Origin: Bacillus sp. EAC
GTDB lineage: Bacteria; Bacillota; Bacilli; Bacillales; Bacillaceae_G
Assembly (NCBI RefSeq): GCF_002156875.1
Contig: NZ_NCSY01000009.1
Span: 135,665-159,664, forward strand
DNA: 24,000 nucleotides
Direction: 5' to 3'
Shown here: positions 6,665 through 15,001 of the stretch, piece after piece
How the letters are laid out: the number at the start of each line of letters is the position of its first letter
How positions within the stretch are numbered: position 1 is the stretch's first letter
Notes under the pieces: model-generated
The model's database searches: none
What the model was told of the DNA's origin: nothing
What the model saw: the letters and a program-made list of their open reading frames with translations, nothing else
Made by a program: the position numbers and the translations under genes

Positions 6665-6854
6665 AAAGGTTGGTTTTTAACCTTTAATGGACTTTAGCTT
6701 ATGACCTCGAGGGGCAAGGCGCTGGAACTAGACAGTGCGAAATGTGGAAGCGTCTCGCTCACAGAAGATGGCATGCTAAAACCACGACGTCCTGTCGTAA
6801 TGCATGCATGACCCACATCCTGTGGGCTCATAAGCATAAGAAAAAGAACAATAA
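6665..6854. repeat. GC-rich structured extragenic element, long copy (unit 2), carrying an extra ~70-nt hairpin module
   Basis: Shares the 95-nt core and 23-nt tail with unit 1. In place of AACCCCGAC it has the segment 6760-6831, which contains two hairpins and a TGCATGCA palindrome. Confidence 0.85.
6784..6826 (+). ncRNA. Twin hairpins with GUCCU and AUCCU loops, reminiscent of the Bacillaceae-1 RNA motif (tentative)
   Basis: ACGAC-GUCCU-GUCGU (6784-6798) and CCCAC-AUCCU-GUGGG (6812-6826). As I recall it, the Bacillaceae-1 motif is two stem-loops with RUCCU terminal loops. Confidence 0.35.
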
Positions 6855-6896
6855 TAACAACCAAAAGAGATGTGCAGAAAAAAGGAGAAGAATGCG

Positions 6897-7229
6897 ATGA
6901 TTCGTGACCGTGGTACGATTAAATGGACGTCAATGATGATGCCTGAGCATGTAAAAATGCTTCGTGACTGGAAAGTATCTCAAAACTATGAACAACAGCG
7001 AGATGTTGATGAACAGTTATTGGAAGAAATGAATCGCCATCTTCAACAGGCTATATATGAGGATGAAAGTGTACAAATTACGTTTTATAAAGATCATCAT
7101 CATCATAGTGTAAAAGGAAAAGTAGGGAAAATTAATTTACATCAAAATAGACTATCAATACATGAAGAACAAGCGGGATACATGGAGTTAATATTAAGTG
7201 ATATTGTGGACGTGAAAATTGGATCATAG
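6897..7229 (+). CDS. YolD-like protein (YqjX/YolD family; proposed UmuD-like accessory of Y-family polymerases)
   Basis: ATG at 6897 lies 9 nt after AAGGAG and is preferred to the track start at 6870. MIRDRGTIKWTSMMMPEHVKMLRDW is the hallmark N-terminus of YolD-like proteins. Located downstream of polY2. Confidence 0.85.
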   Translation: MIRDRGTIKWTSMMMPEHVKMLRDWKVSQNYEQQRDVDEQLLEEMNRHLQQAIYEDESVQITFYKDHHHHSVKGKVGKINLHQNRLSIHEEQAGYMELILSDIVDVKIGS

Positions 7230-7309
7230 GAAGCATTAAAAAATAATGAGTCCATTAACGAATACTCACCCTCAGATTTGTATCTATACATCGAAAGGGG
7301 GAGTTGAAA

Positions 7310-7534
7310 ATGGCGCAAATTGCTACTCAACAACTTACATTGTATGTAAAGTTACATGCAGGAAAAGATGCACAAGGAAAAATCATCATCAAGAAAAAGG
7401 TATACAAAAACATACGGGTAGGCGTTGATTTAGAGAAGCTGGTCGATGTTGGAAGTGCCTTAGCATCACTTCAAGACTTACCGTTAGTGGAACTAGAAGT
7501 ATTAAGTAACGGATTGCTTTTAAACACTCTGTAG
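7310..7534 (+). CDS. DUF1659-like small protein
   Basis: ATG at 7310 lies 6 nt after GGGGGAG. The 74-aa sequence MAQIATQQLTLYVKLHAGKDAQGK...ALASLQDLPLVELEV resembles the DUF1659 family, which is usually paired with DUF2922. Confidence 0.7.
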   Translation: MAQIATQQLTLYVKLHAGKDAQGKIIIKKKVYKNIRVGVDLEKLVDVGSALASLQDLPLVELEVLSNGLLLNTL

Positions 7535-7551
7535 AAAAGGAGCGAAATGAC

Positions 7552-7767
7552 ATGATTCAAACTTTAGAATTGAAATTTTTAAATGAAGATGAAAAAGTTG
7601 TAACATTAACGGTAGACAATCCAACTATTCCGGTTAATCCAACACTAATTAATCAGGTGATGGATAAAATTGTAGCAAATAATGTGTTTACTTCTACGGG
7701 TGGTATTGTCGTAGCAAAACAAAGCGCGCGACTAGTGGGAAAAGAAATAATTGATATTAAATTATGA
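7552..7767 (+). CDS. DUF2922-like small protein
   Basis: AAGGAG RBS. The 71-aa sequence MIQTLELKFLNEDEKVVTLTVDNPTIPV...NNVFTSTGG resembles DUF2922 and is paired with the upstream gene. Confidence 0.7.
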   Translation: MIQTLELKFLNEDEKVVTLTVDNPTIPVNPTLINQVMDKIVANNVFTSTGGIVVAKQSARLVGKEIIDIKL

Positions 7768-7828
7768 TAGAAGATTAGCTTAGCTGAATGTGGAAGTGGC
7801 AAAATTAAAAGAAATTAAAAGATTACTA

Positions 7829-7857
7829 AGACCTCCAATGCAGGAGGTCTTTTTTTG
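7829..7857 (+). terminator. Rho-independent terminator
   Basis: AGACCTCC-AATGCA-GGAGGTCT followed by TTTTTTT. Confidence 0.85.
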
Positions 7858-7973
7858 CGTTATAATAGAATGATTAAATGGAACAGAAATAGGTTTTACT
7901 AGCAATGAATGAATACTTGGGATTAAGATAGTAATAGAATAGATAATAGAATAGTAGTAAAGGAGAGAACGAC

Positions 7974-8813
7974 ATGGCATTAATTGCAATTGATATGGAT
8001 GGCACGCTTGTAAATGGTAAAAATAGTATACCTCAAGAAAATATTGAGAGCATTCGAGCTGCACAAAAAGAAGGAATCCATGTTGTCATTTCTACAGGCA
8101 GAATGTATGAAAGTGCAAAAGAAACTCTAGATGAAGCGGGGTTATCTTGCCCAATTGTATGTTTAAATGGGTCGCAAATTTATGATAAAGAAGCGAATGT
8201 TTTACACAACGATTCAATGAGTAAAGATGTTTTTGCAAAGGCGTTAGCAATTTGTGAAGCGGAAAATAAAACGTTTATTATAAGTACAAGTGAAGGTTCA
8301 TTTACTAAATGTCGTGACACGTTATATGAAGAATTTTTCACTGACAAACAAACAGGAAAGCCACAAAAAGTAACAGCTACATTGAGAAAAGTTCGTAATT
8401 ATACATCAATAGAAGATTTTAATAATATGGATGTATACAAAATTTTATTTCTTTCAAAGAATGAAGAAGTCATCAATCGAGTTCGTCTTAATTTAATGCA
8501 AGAAGAAAGCTTACTTGTTACTTCGTCTCATTCAAACAATGTCGAGATTAATGCAGCAAACGTAAGTAAGGGAGCGGCATTATTAAAGCTTGCCCCAATT
8601 CTAGGCGTAGATTTAAAAGAGAGCATGGCTATTGGAGATAGTTTTAATGACGTTTCGATGTTTAATCGCGTAGGTTTTTCAGTAGCAATGGGGAATGCAA
8701 AAGAAGAGCTACAACGTCAATGTGCATTTGTTACAAAAACAAATGACGAAGCTGGAGTAGCGCATGCGATTTATCATTTTTTAGATCAAAAACAAAAAAT
8801 GAAGCAAAATTAA
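7974..8813 (+). CDS. Cof-type HAD-IIB family hydrolase (sugar-phosphate phosphatase-like)
   Basis: AAAGGAGAG RBS. HAD motif I is IAIDMDGTL, motif IV is GDSFNDVSMF, and a Cof-type cap region is present. Confidence 0.85.
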   Translation: MALIAIDMDGTLVNGKNSIPQENIESIRAAQKEGIHVVISTGRMYESAKETLDEAGLSCPIVCLNGSQIYDKEANVLHNDSMSKDVFAKALAICEAENKTFIISTSEGSFTKCRDTLYEEFFTDKQTGKPQKVTATLRKVRNYTSIEDFNNMDVYKILFLSKNEEVINRVRLNLMQEESLLVTSSHSNNVEINAANVSKGAALLKLAPILGVDLKESMAIGDSFNDVSMFNRVGFSVAMGNAKEELQRQCAFVTKTNDEAGVAHAIYHFLDQKQKMKQN

Positions 8814-8826
8814 ATAAAGTATAGTG

Positions 8827-8856
8827 GCCTTATCCAATAAAGGATAGGGCTTTTTT
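8827..8856 (+). terminator. Rho-independent terminator
   Basis: GCCTTATCC-AATAAA-GGATAGGGC followed by TTTTTT. Confidence 0.8.
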
Positions 8857-8929
8857 GAATTGAAAATTGAAGATGTGAATGACAAATTATTCTTGCCAAA
8901 TCAATGTGATGAAGAGCAAAAGTGTAGTG

Positions 8930-8958
8930 AAACGAATCTATATTCGATTCGTTTTTTT
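8930..8958 (+). terminator. Orphan terminator-like hairpin between the HAD gene and the mtl promoter
   Basis: AAACGAATC-TATATTC-GATTCGTTT followed by TTTTT. No convincing ORF lies upstream of it. Confidence 0.4.
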
Positions 8959-9017
8959 AGTTTCTAATTATTAATTATGACAACAATGGAATTGACAAAA
9001 TGCATTTTTCTTTAAAT

Positions 9018-9031
9018 TGAAACCGCTTTAA
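9018..9031 (+). promoter_or_regulatory. Putative catabolite-responsive element (cre) in the mtlA promoter region
   Basis: TGAAACCGCTTTAA has one mismatch to the cre consensus TGWAANCGNTNWCA. It lies ~65 nt upstream of the mtlA ATG. Upstream are TTGACA (8992-8997) and direct TGACAA repeats (8978-8983, 8993-8998), which could be the MtlR site. Confidence 0.45.
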
Positions 9032-9095
9032 TACAAGCATATGATTAGATTAGAAAACGAAGAAAAAATACTGTAGAGATGAAAGGGAGAATAGG

Positions 9096-10526
9096 ATGTC
9101 AAATACTAATTCTAAGGACTACCGAGTAAAAATACAAAGATTTGGTAGTTATTTAAGCGGCATGATTATGCCAAATATTGGAGCATTTATTGCATGGGGT
9201 ATTATCACAGCATTATTCATTCCAACAGGATGGCTTCCAAATAAACATTTGGCTGAACTAGTTGGTCCAATGATCACTTATTTATTACCATTATTAATTG
9301 GTTATACGGGTGGGAAAATGATTTACGAAGGTCGAGGCGGAGTAGTCGGAGCAGCCGCAACGATGGGGGTTATAGTCGGTTCAGATATACCGATGTTCCT
9401 TGGAGCAATGATTATGGGTCCTTTAGGTGGATATTTAATTAAAAAAGTTGACCAGTACATACAACCAAAAGTAAAACAAGGATTTGAAATGTTAGTTAAC
9501 AACTTCTCAGCAGGTATATTAGCAGGAATTTTAACATTATTGGCATTTTGGGCAATAGGTCCGACAGTAGTTGGATTAAATCATGTATTAGCATCTGGAG
9601 TTCAAGCAATTATTGATGCGAAACTACTTCCATTAGCAAATATTTTTATTGAACCTGCAAAAGTCCTTTTCTTAAATAATGCAATAAATCATGGAATCTT
9701 AAGTCCGCTGGGGACTGAACAAGCATCCGAATCTGGGAAATCAATTCTTTTCTTATTAGAAACAAATCCAGGACCCGGTTTAGGAATTCTGTTAGCATTT
9801 ATGATATTTGGAAAAGGAACAGCAAAACAAACATCACCCGGAGCTGCAATTATCCACTTCTTTGGAGGAATTCATGAAATTTACTTCCCTTATATTTTGA
9901 TGAAGCCAATATTAATTTTAGCAGCAATTGCAGGTGGTGTTAGTGGCGTATTTACATTCTCTTTATTAAAGGTCGGATTAGTCGCTCCCCCTTCACCAGG
10001 AAGCATCTTTGCATTAATTGCAATGACACCAAAAGATGGAAACCATTTTGGCGTGTTATTAGGTGTTTTAGTTGCAACAGTCGTTTCATTTGTAGTAGCA
10101 TCACTTATTTTAAAATCAAGTAAGTCAGGTACAGAAGAAGATATTTCTGAAGCAACAGAAAAAATGCAACAATTAAAAGGAAAGAAAAGCGCTGTAGTTG
10201 AAACTTTTGGGGCTACAGTTCAGTCTAGAGAAAAAAAGGATTTTGAACCTGAAAATGTAAAGAAAATTATCTTTGCATGTGATGCAGGAATGGGTTCTAG
10301 CGCAATGGGAGCTTCTATTCTTAAAAATAAAGCGAAGAAATCAGGCTTGAATATCGATATTTCCAATACTACTATAAATAACATCCCACACGATGCTGAT
10401 ATAGTCGTTTCACATAAAGATTTAACTTCAAGAGCAATTGATAAACTTCCGACTGCACATCATATTTCAGTTGAGAATTTCCTGAGTAGTCCTAAATATG
10501 ATGAGTTAATCGAGAACTTGAAATAA
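9096..10526 (+). CDS. mtlA: PTS mannitol-specific transporter subunit EIICB
   Basis: 476 aa. N-terminus VKIQRFGSYLSGMIMPNIGAFIAWG and a polytopic IIC domain. The C-terminal IIB domain has KKIIFACDAGMGSSAMGASIL, which includes the phosphorylatable Cys. Confidence 0.95.
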   Translation: MSNTNSKDYRVKIQRFGSYLSGMIMPNIGAFIAWGIITALFIPTGWLPNKHLAELVGPMITYLLPLLIGYTGGKMIYEGRGGVVGAAATMGVIVGSDIPMFLGAMIMGPLGGYLIKKVDQYIQPKVKQGFEMLVNNFSAGILAGILTLLAFWAIGPTVVGLNHVLASGVQAIIDAKLLPLANIFIEPAKVLFLNNAINHGILSPLGTEQASESGKSILFLLETNPGPGLGILLAFMIFGKGTAKQTSPGAAIIHFFGGIHEIYFPYILMKPILILAAIAGGVSGVFTFSLLKVGLVAPPSPGSIFALIAMTPKDGNHFGVLLGVLVATVVSFVVASLILKSSKSGTEEDISEATEKMQQLKGKKSAVVETFGATVQSREKKDFEPENVKKIIFACDAGMGSSAMGASILKNKAKKSGLNIDISNTTINNIPHDADIVVSHKDLTSRAIDKLPTAHHISVENFLSSPKYDELIENLK

Positions 10527-10653
10527 TGATTAAAGAACAGACTAACCAATTGTCTGAGTCGGCATATAAACAAAGTTTTATAGACTCTTTATATAATAAC
10601 TTTGAAAACCTTTGAATCAGAAATTCTAGTAATAAAGTAATGGAGGTGAAAAA

Positions 10654-12741
10654 ATGTATATTTCGGCAAGGGAACGAAAAATACTGGAACTTTTACTAAA
10701 CAAACAGGAAGAAATCACTGTAAAAGAAATAGCAGATGAATTAACTGTAAGTCCACGTACAGTTCATCGCGATTTAAAAGGCGTAGAAGAAATTATAGAT
10801 GAATATGGTCTTTTGCTAAATAAAAAATCTGGGAGCGGTGTTCAGCTGATCGGTGATGTTTCGTTAAAGGAGAAGATTCAATCCTTTTTATTCAATCTTA
10901 ACTATTATGAATATACTTCGGAAGAACGACAAACGTTTATTTTGTCCACTTTATTAGCTTCTAAAGAACCAGTTAAATTAGTATCTTTAGCGAATGATTT
11001 AAATGTAACACTGGCAACTATAAGTAATGATCTAAATAAAGTAGATGAAGAAATAAATCCCTTTAACCTTAAATTATTAAGGAAACGAGGCTATGGGGTT
11101 GAAATAAACGGACTTGAATCAGACAAACGAAAAGCAATGAGTAAATTGATTAATACTAATATCGAAGAGTATGAATTTATATCGATCATAAAAGAAAATA
11201 TTCAAAAAAAATCTGCTGAATCAGTTAACACTCGCTTACTAGGTTTAATTGATGAAAATAAGCTGCTAATAATTGAAAAACAAATCAATCGAATCAAAAA
11301 AGAATTACCTTATGCTATTGCAGATCGTGCATATATAGGCTTAGTCGTCCATTTGGTACTAGCAATTGAACGAATAGAGCAAGGAGAGAAAATAAATTTT
11401 GATGAAAATCTCTTAGTTGAATTGAAAAAATCAAAAGAATTCAATTTAGCAAAAAAACTGGCAATAGTGCTAGAGGAGATATTTAATATTGAGATCAGCG
11501 ATGGTGAAGTTGGCTATATAACAATGCATTTAATGGGTGCAAAACTTAGTAATGAACATCCAGAAATATTAGAAGATTCGAGTCTTCACGTAGGAGTTTA
11601 TGCTCAAAATTTAATTCGTTTCGTAAGTAATGAATTGAATCGAGATTTAACAAAAAATGTATCACTTTTTAAAGACTTAGTTGCTCATTTAAAACCTGCG
11701 TTATACCGAATTAAGCAAAACATGGGAATATCAAATCCACTTCTCTTAAAGATTGAGGAAGATTATCAGAAACTATATTTTATATTAACAAAAGCAGCAC
11801 AAATCGTTTTTAATGACTTAGAGGTACCGAAAGAAGAGATTGGATTTTTAGTTATCCATTTTGCTTCTGCAATTTTAAGTAGTGACCAAGTAAAAGAGCA
11901 TAAAACTCTAGTAGTCTGTTCGAGTGGAATTGGGACATCCAAAATACTCTCGACTAAATTACAAAAAGAAATCCCTGGATTAAAAACTGTAAATATATCA
12001 TTGTTTGATTTGCCAAAAATAGATCTATCGGAATATGGGACAATCATTTCGACAATTCCACTGAAAAATATTAATGAAGAGTACTTATTAGTAAATCCAT
12101 TATTGTCAGAATCAGAGATTGCTAAAATTAGAAAATCAATTATGACAAATAAACGTCTAATTGGGAAAGGTATAAACGAAAATCAAGATCAAATTAAAGT
12201 TAATCATGAAAATTTTATAGTCGATCTTAAAAAGGTTAAAAACTATTCGACAGTGATTTATAAACTATTAGAAGGATTTTATATAGATAACATTGAACAG
12301 AGCGAGACAATTGCTGATGCCTTACAAGAAATCTGTAATGTACTTAAGTTAAAAAGTGTCATTAAGGATCCGGAAAATGTAGTATCAGCTTTACTTAAAC
12401 GGGAAGAACTTGGCGGAATAGGGATACCAGGTACTTCACTCGGTTTATATCATACTAGAAGTGAAAGCATACTTAAACCTAGCTTTTCGATAGGAAGATT
12501 GAATAATGCATTTAAAAGAAAAGCGATGGATGATACAGATATTGAAGTAGACACGATACTTTTAATGCTTTCACCATCAAATATTAGCGATGAGGCGTTA
12601 GAAATTCTAAGTGGAATTAGTTCACTCATAATTCGTGATGAACAATCAATTGAACTGTTCCAAACCGGCAATGAAGAGGAACTACTTAATTTATTAGCAA
12701 CTGAAATGAAAGAGTTATATGACTCGAAATTTATAAAATGA
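10654..12741 (+). CDS. mtlR: Mannitol operon transcriptional activator MtlR (HTH, two PRDs, EIIB-Gat-like and EIIA-Mtl-like domains)
   Basis: 695 aa. N-terminal HTH is SARERKILELLL...ITVKEIADELTVSPRTVHRDL. PRD histidines sit in ITMHL and VIHFA contexts. An EIIB-like VVCSSGIGTSK and a C-terminal EIIA-like domain follow. Embedded in the mtl operon. Confidence 0.9.
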   Translation: MYISARERKILELLLNKQEEITVKEIADELTVSPRTVHRDLKGVEEIIDEYGLLLNKKSGSGVQLIGDVSLKEKIQSFLFNLNYYEYTSEERQTFILSTLLASKEPVKLVSLANDLNVTLATISNDLNKVDEEINPFNLKLLRKRGYGVEINGLESDKRKAMSKLINTNIEEYEFISIIKENIQKKSAESVNTRLLGLIDENKLLIIEKQINRIKKELPYAIADRAYIGLVVHLVLAIERIEQGEKINFDENLLVELKKSKEFNLAKKLAIVLEEIFNIEISDGEVGYITMHLMGAKLSNEHPEILEDSSLHVGVYAQNLIRFVSNELNRDLTKNVSLFKDLVAHLKPALYRIKQNMGISNPLLLKIEEDYQKLYFILTKAAQIVFNDLEVPKEEIGFLVIHFASAILSSDQVKEHKTLVVCSSGIGTSKILSTKLQKEIPGLKTVNISLFDLPKIDLSEYGTIISTIPLKNINEEYLLVNPLLSESEIAKIRKSIMTNKRLIGKGINENQDQIKVNHENFIVDLKKVKNYSTVIYKLLEGFYIDNIEQSETIADALQEICNVLKLKSVIKDPENVVSALLKREELGGIGIPGTSLGLYHTRSESILKPSFSIGRLNNAFKRKAMDDTDIEVDTILLMLSPSNISDEALEILSGISSLIIRDEQSIELFQTGNEEELLNLLATEMKELYDSKFIK

Positions 12742-12755
12742 GGTGTTTTACTAAC

Positions 12756-13193
12756 ATGAACAAACAGATTTTATCAAAAGAAAATATATTATTAAACGCG
12801 AGCTTTATAAATAAAGAAGAGGCGATTCGAAAAACAGGACAAATTTTAGTAGAAAAGGATTATGTAAGAGACCATTATATTGAGAAAATGCTAGAACGTG
12901 AGAAGTTGACGACGACATATATGGGGAATTTTGTAGCAATCCCACATGGTACAGAGGATGCGAAGAAAAATGTAATTGATTCTGGTATATCGATTATTCA
13001 AGTACCAAATGGTGTTGACTTTGGAAATGGGAATATCGTAAAAATTCTCATTGGGATTGCTGGTAAAGACGATGAACACTTAGAGATACTTTCACAAATT
13101 GCGATTGTATGCTCTGAAGAAGAAAATATTCAAAAACTTGTAGAAGCAACAACGCCAGAACAAATACTAAATATGTTTGAAGAGGTGTATTAA
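12756..13193 (+). CDS. mtlF: PTS mannitol-specific EIIA component
   Basis: ATG at 12756 follows a GAGGTG RBS and is preferred to the track start at 12738. The EIIA-Mtl signature GNFVAIPHGT carries the active-site His. Confidence 0.9.
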   Translation: MNKQILSKENILLNASFINKEEAIRKTGQILVEKDYVRDHYIEKMLEREKLTTTYMGNFVAIPHGTEDAKKNVIDSGISIIQVPNGVDFGNGNIVKILIGIAGKDDEHLEILSQIAIVCSEEENIQKLVEATTPEQILNMFEEVY

Positions 13194-13197
13194 TAAT

Positions 13198-14337
13198 ATG
13201 TTAGCAGTCCATTTTGGTGCAGGCAATATAGGTAGAGGTTTTATTGGTGGCCTACTTTCAGAAGCAGGCTATCAAGTCTGCTTTGTAGATGTAAATAGTG
13301 AAATAGTAGATTTGCTAAATGAGAAAAAATCATATCGTGTGGTTCTTGTAAGTGATCAATCAGAAGAAAAACTAGTTAACAATGTAAGAGCGATTAATAG
13401 CATAAAAGATCCGGATGACGTAATAGAAGCAATTGTTAATGCAGATTTAATTACAACAGCTGTCGGTCCTACTATTCTACCAATTATATCAGGACTAATG
13501 GCAGATGGTTTGAAAAAAAGAGTAGAGAAAACAAACAAACGATTAAATATTATTGCCTGTGAAAATATGATTGATGGTAGTGAATTCTTGAAAAAGAATG
13601 TATACGAAAAAATAACAGAAGAAGAAAAAAATCAGTTTGATTTAAATTTCGCATTTCCAAATGCCGCAGTAGATCGTATTGTGCCAAATCAAATAAATGA
13701 AGATAAATTAATAGTTCATGTTGAACCTTTTTATGAGTGGGTTATAGATCAATCAATGATGCTAGGAGAAGTACCAAAGATTGAAGGAGTTACTTATGTA
13801 AATGATTTAAGACCATACATAGAAAGGAAATTGTTTACCGTCAACACTGGACACGCAGTGGCTGCGTATATCGGTTATCAAACTGGACTAGAAACAATTA
13901 AAGATGCGATGGAACACCCAAAAGTATTAACAGCGGTTGAAGGAACATTAAAAGAAACAGGGGATGTATTAATTAGGAAATATGATTTTGATTACGACAA
14001 TCATGTGAAATATATCACAAAGATTATTGGCCGTTTTACTAATCCATATATTAACGATGAAATACCAAGGGTGGCAAGAGGACCGTTGCGTAAGTTAGGA
14101 CATGATGATCGTTTAGTAAGTCCAGCTATTCAATATTATGATTATGTAAAAGCGGAGCCAGTCCACCTAGCAAATGCAATTGTTGCTGCACTAAAATATG
14201 ATTTTAGGCAAGACGACGAGGCTTTAGAATTACAGAAAAAAATAAAAGAATTAAGTTACGAAAAAACATTAAATGAAGTTTGTGGTTTGAAGGAAGACCA
14301 TCCTTTGTTTGAATTGATATTAAGTAAATTACACTAA
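13198..14337 (+). CDS. mtlD: Mannitol-1-phosphate 5-dehydrogenase
   Basis: ATG at 13198 follows AGAGGTG. MLAVHFGAGNIGRGFIG is the Rossmann motif of MtlD. About 380 aa. Confidence 0.95.
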   Translation: MLAVHFGAGNIGRGFIGGLLSEAGYQVCFVDVNSEIVDLLNEKKSYRVVLVSDQSEEKLVNNVRAINSIKDPDDVIEAIVNADLITTAVGPTILPIISGLMADGLKKRVEKTNKRLNIIACENMIDGSEFLKKNVYEKITEEEKNQFDLNFAFPNAAVDRIVPNQINEDKLIVHVEPFYEWVIDQSMMLGEVPKIEGVTYVNDLRPYIERKLFTVNTGHAVAAYIGYQTGLETIKDAMEHPKVLTAVEGTLKETGDVLIRKYDFDYDNHVKYITKIIGRFTNPYINDEIPRVARGPLRKLGHDDRLVSPAIQYYDYVKAEPVHLANAIVAALKYDFRQDDEALELQKKIKELSYEKTLNEVCGLKEDHPLFELILSKLH

Positions 14338-14358
14338 TAGAAAAATAGATTAATGGAG

Positions 14359-14387
14359 GACCTTCAGTTTTTTTTGAAGGTCTTTTC
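14359..14387 (+). terminator. Rho-independent terminator of the mtl operon
   Basis: GACCTTCA-GTTTTTTT-TGAAGGTC followed by TTTT. Confidence 0.8.
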
Positions 14388-14512
14388 GAATTAAGGAAGA
14401 ATTAATACAATAAAACAGTCAAAATTTTCGGATGAGAGTTTAGGTATCTCGTAGCAATTTTAATTTCGTAATTAATAAATACACTATAAAAAAATAAAAG
14501 GAGAACATTAAA

Positions 14513-14695
14513 ATGAATGCAATTGCTGGTTTCATACCGATTATTTTTATGTTATTTTACATAGCTATTCCGGTTGGGATTATCTATTTCTTCTATAAGA
14601 AGTACGAGAATTTATCGAACATAAAAAATAAAGAGTTGAAAAAACAAACAGAAGCGTTGGAACGAATTGCTCGTGTATTAGAAAAATCTTCGTGA
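14513..14695 (+). CDS. Hypothetical small membrane protein (60 aa, one TM plus an amphipathic helix)
   Basis: AAAGGAG RBS ~9 nt upstream. TM segment is IAGFIPIIFMLFYIAIPVGIIYFFY, followed by a charged C-terminus. Confidence 0.55.
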   Translation: MNAIAGFIPIIFMLFYIAIPVGIIYFFYKKYENLSNIKNKELKKQTEALERIARVLEKSS

Positions 14696-14759
14696 AAATA
14701 CTGATTCACACGGGAGAGTTTCTCCACTTTATCAAGTAAAGAAGTACTAATATGAACAT

Positions 14760-14790
14760 CCTTAGTTCTGTATCACGACTAAGGTTTTTT
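14760..14790 (+). terminator. Rho-independent terminator
   Basis: CCTTAGT-11 nt loop-ACTAAGG followed by TTTTTT. Confidence 0.7.
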
Positions 14791-15001
14791 GTGTTTTTTT
14801 GTGATGTTTTCATGTTGTAGTTAGAAAAGTTAATTAGGTTTGCCAATGATGAAAATAACTTTGTAAAAGTTAGGGACAAGTAGTAACGAAAACAAATAAC
14901 AATCATATTAATAGATTATTAACAAATATAGACAAGCTTAAGGAGTGCTATTCCAAAGAGAGATTTATGTCTAATAAAATAAAATAAAATAAGGTGATAT
15001 T

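Noticed and set aside
6540-6854. Direct repeats that might suggest a CRISPR array
   Set aside because: There are only two units. The repeats are 95 nt long and directly abutting, with a shared 23-nt tail and no unique spacers. No cas genes are present. The structure fits a tandemly duplicated extragenic element.
7932-7954. Tandem 11-mer TAATAGAATAG x2 (period 12) just upstream of the HAD hydrolase RBS
   Set aside because: This is low-complexity AT-rich sequence. It has no dyad symmetry, no recognisable operator consensus and only two copies, so it is probably slippage or chance.
10541-10559. Hairpin CAGAC-TAACCAATT-GTCTG between mtlA and mtlR, considered as a PRD-regulated terminator or RAT site
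   Set aside because: No T-run follows it. MtlR-type regulators are DNA-binding activators, not RNA antiterminators.
11766-13538. Antisense ORFs inside mtlR, mtlF and mtlD (11766-12047, 12450-12671, 12891-13079, 13356-13538)
   Set aside because: They are shadow ORFs opposite well-supported genes, with no RBS and low-complexity translations.
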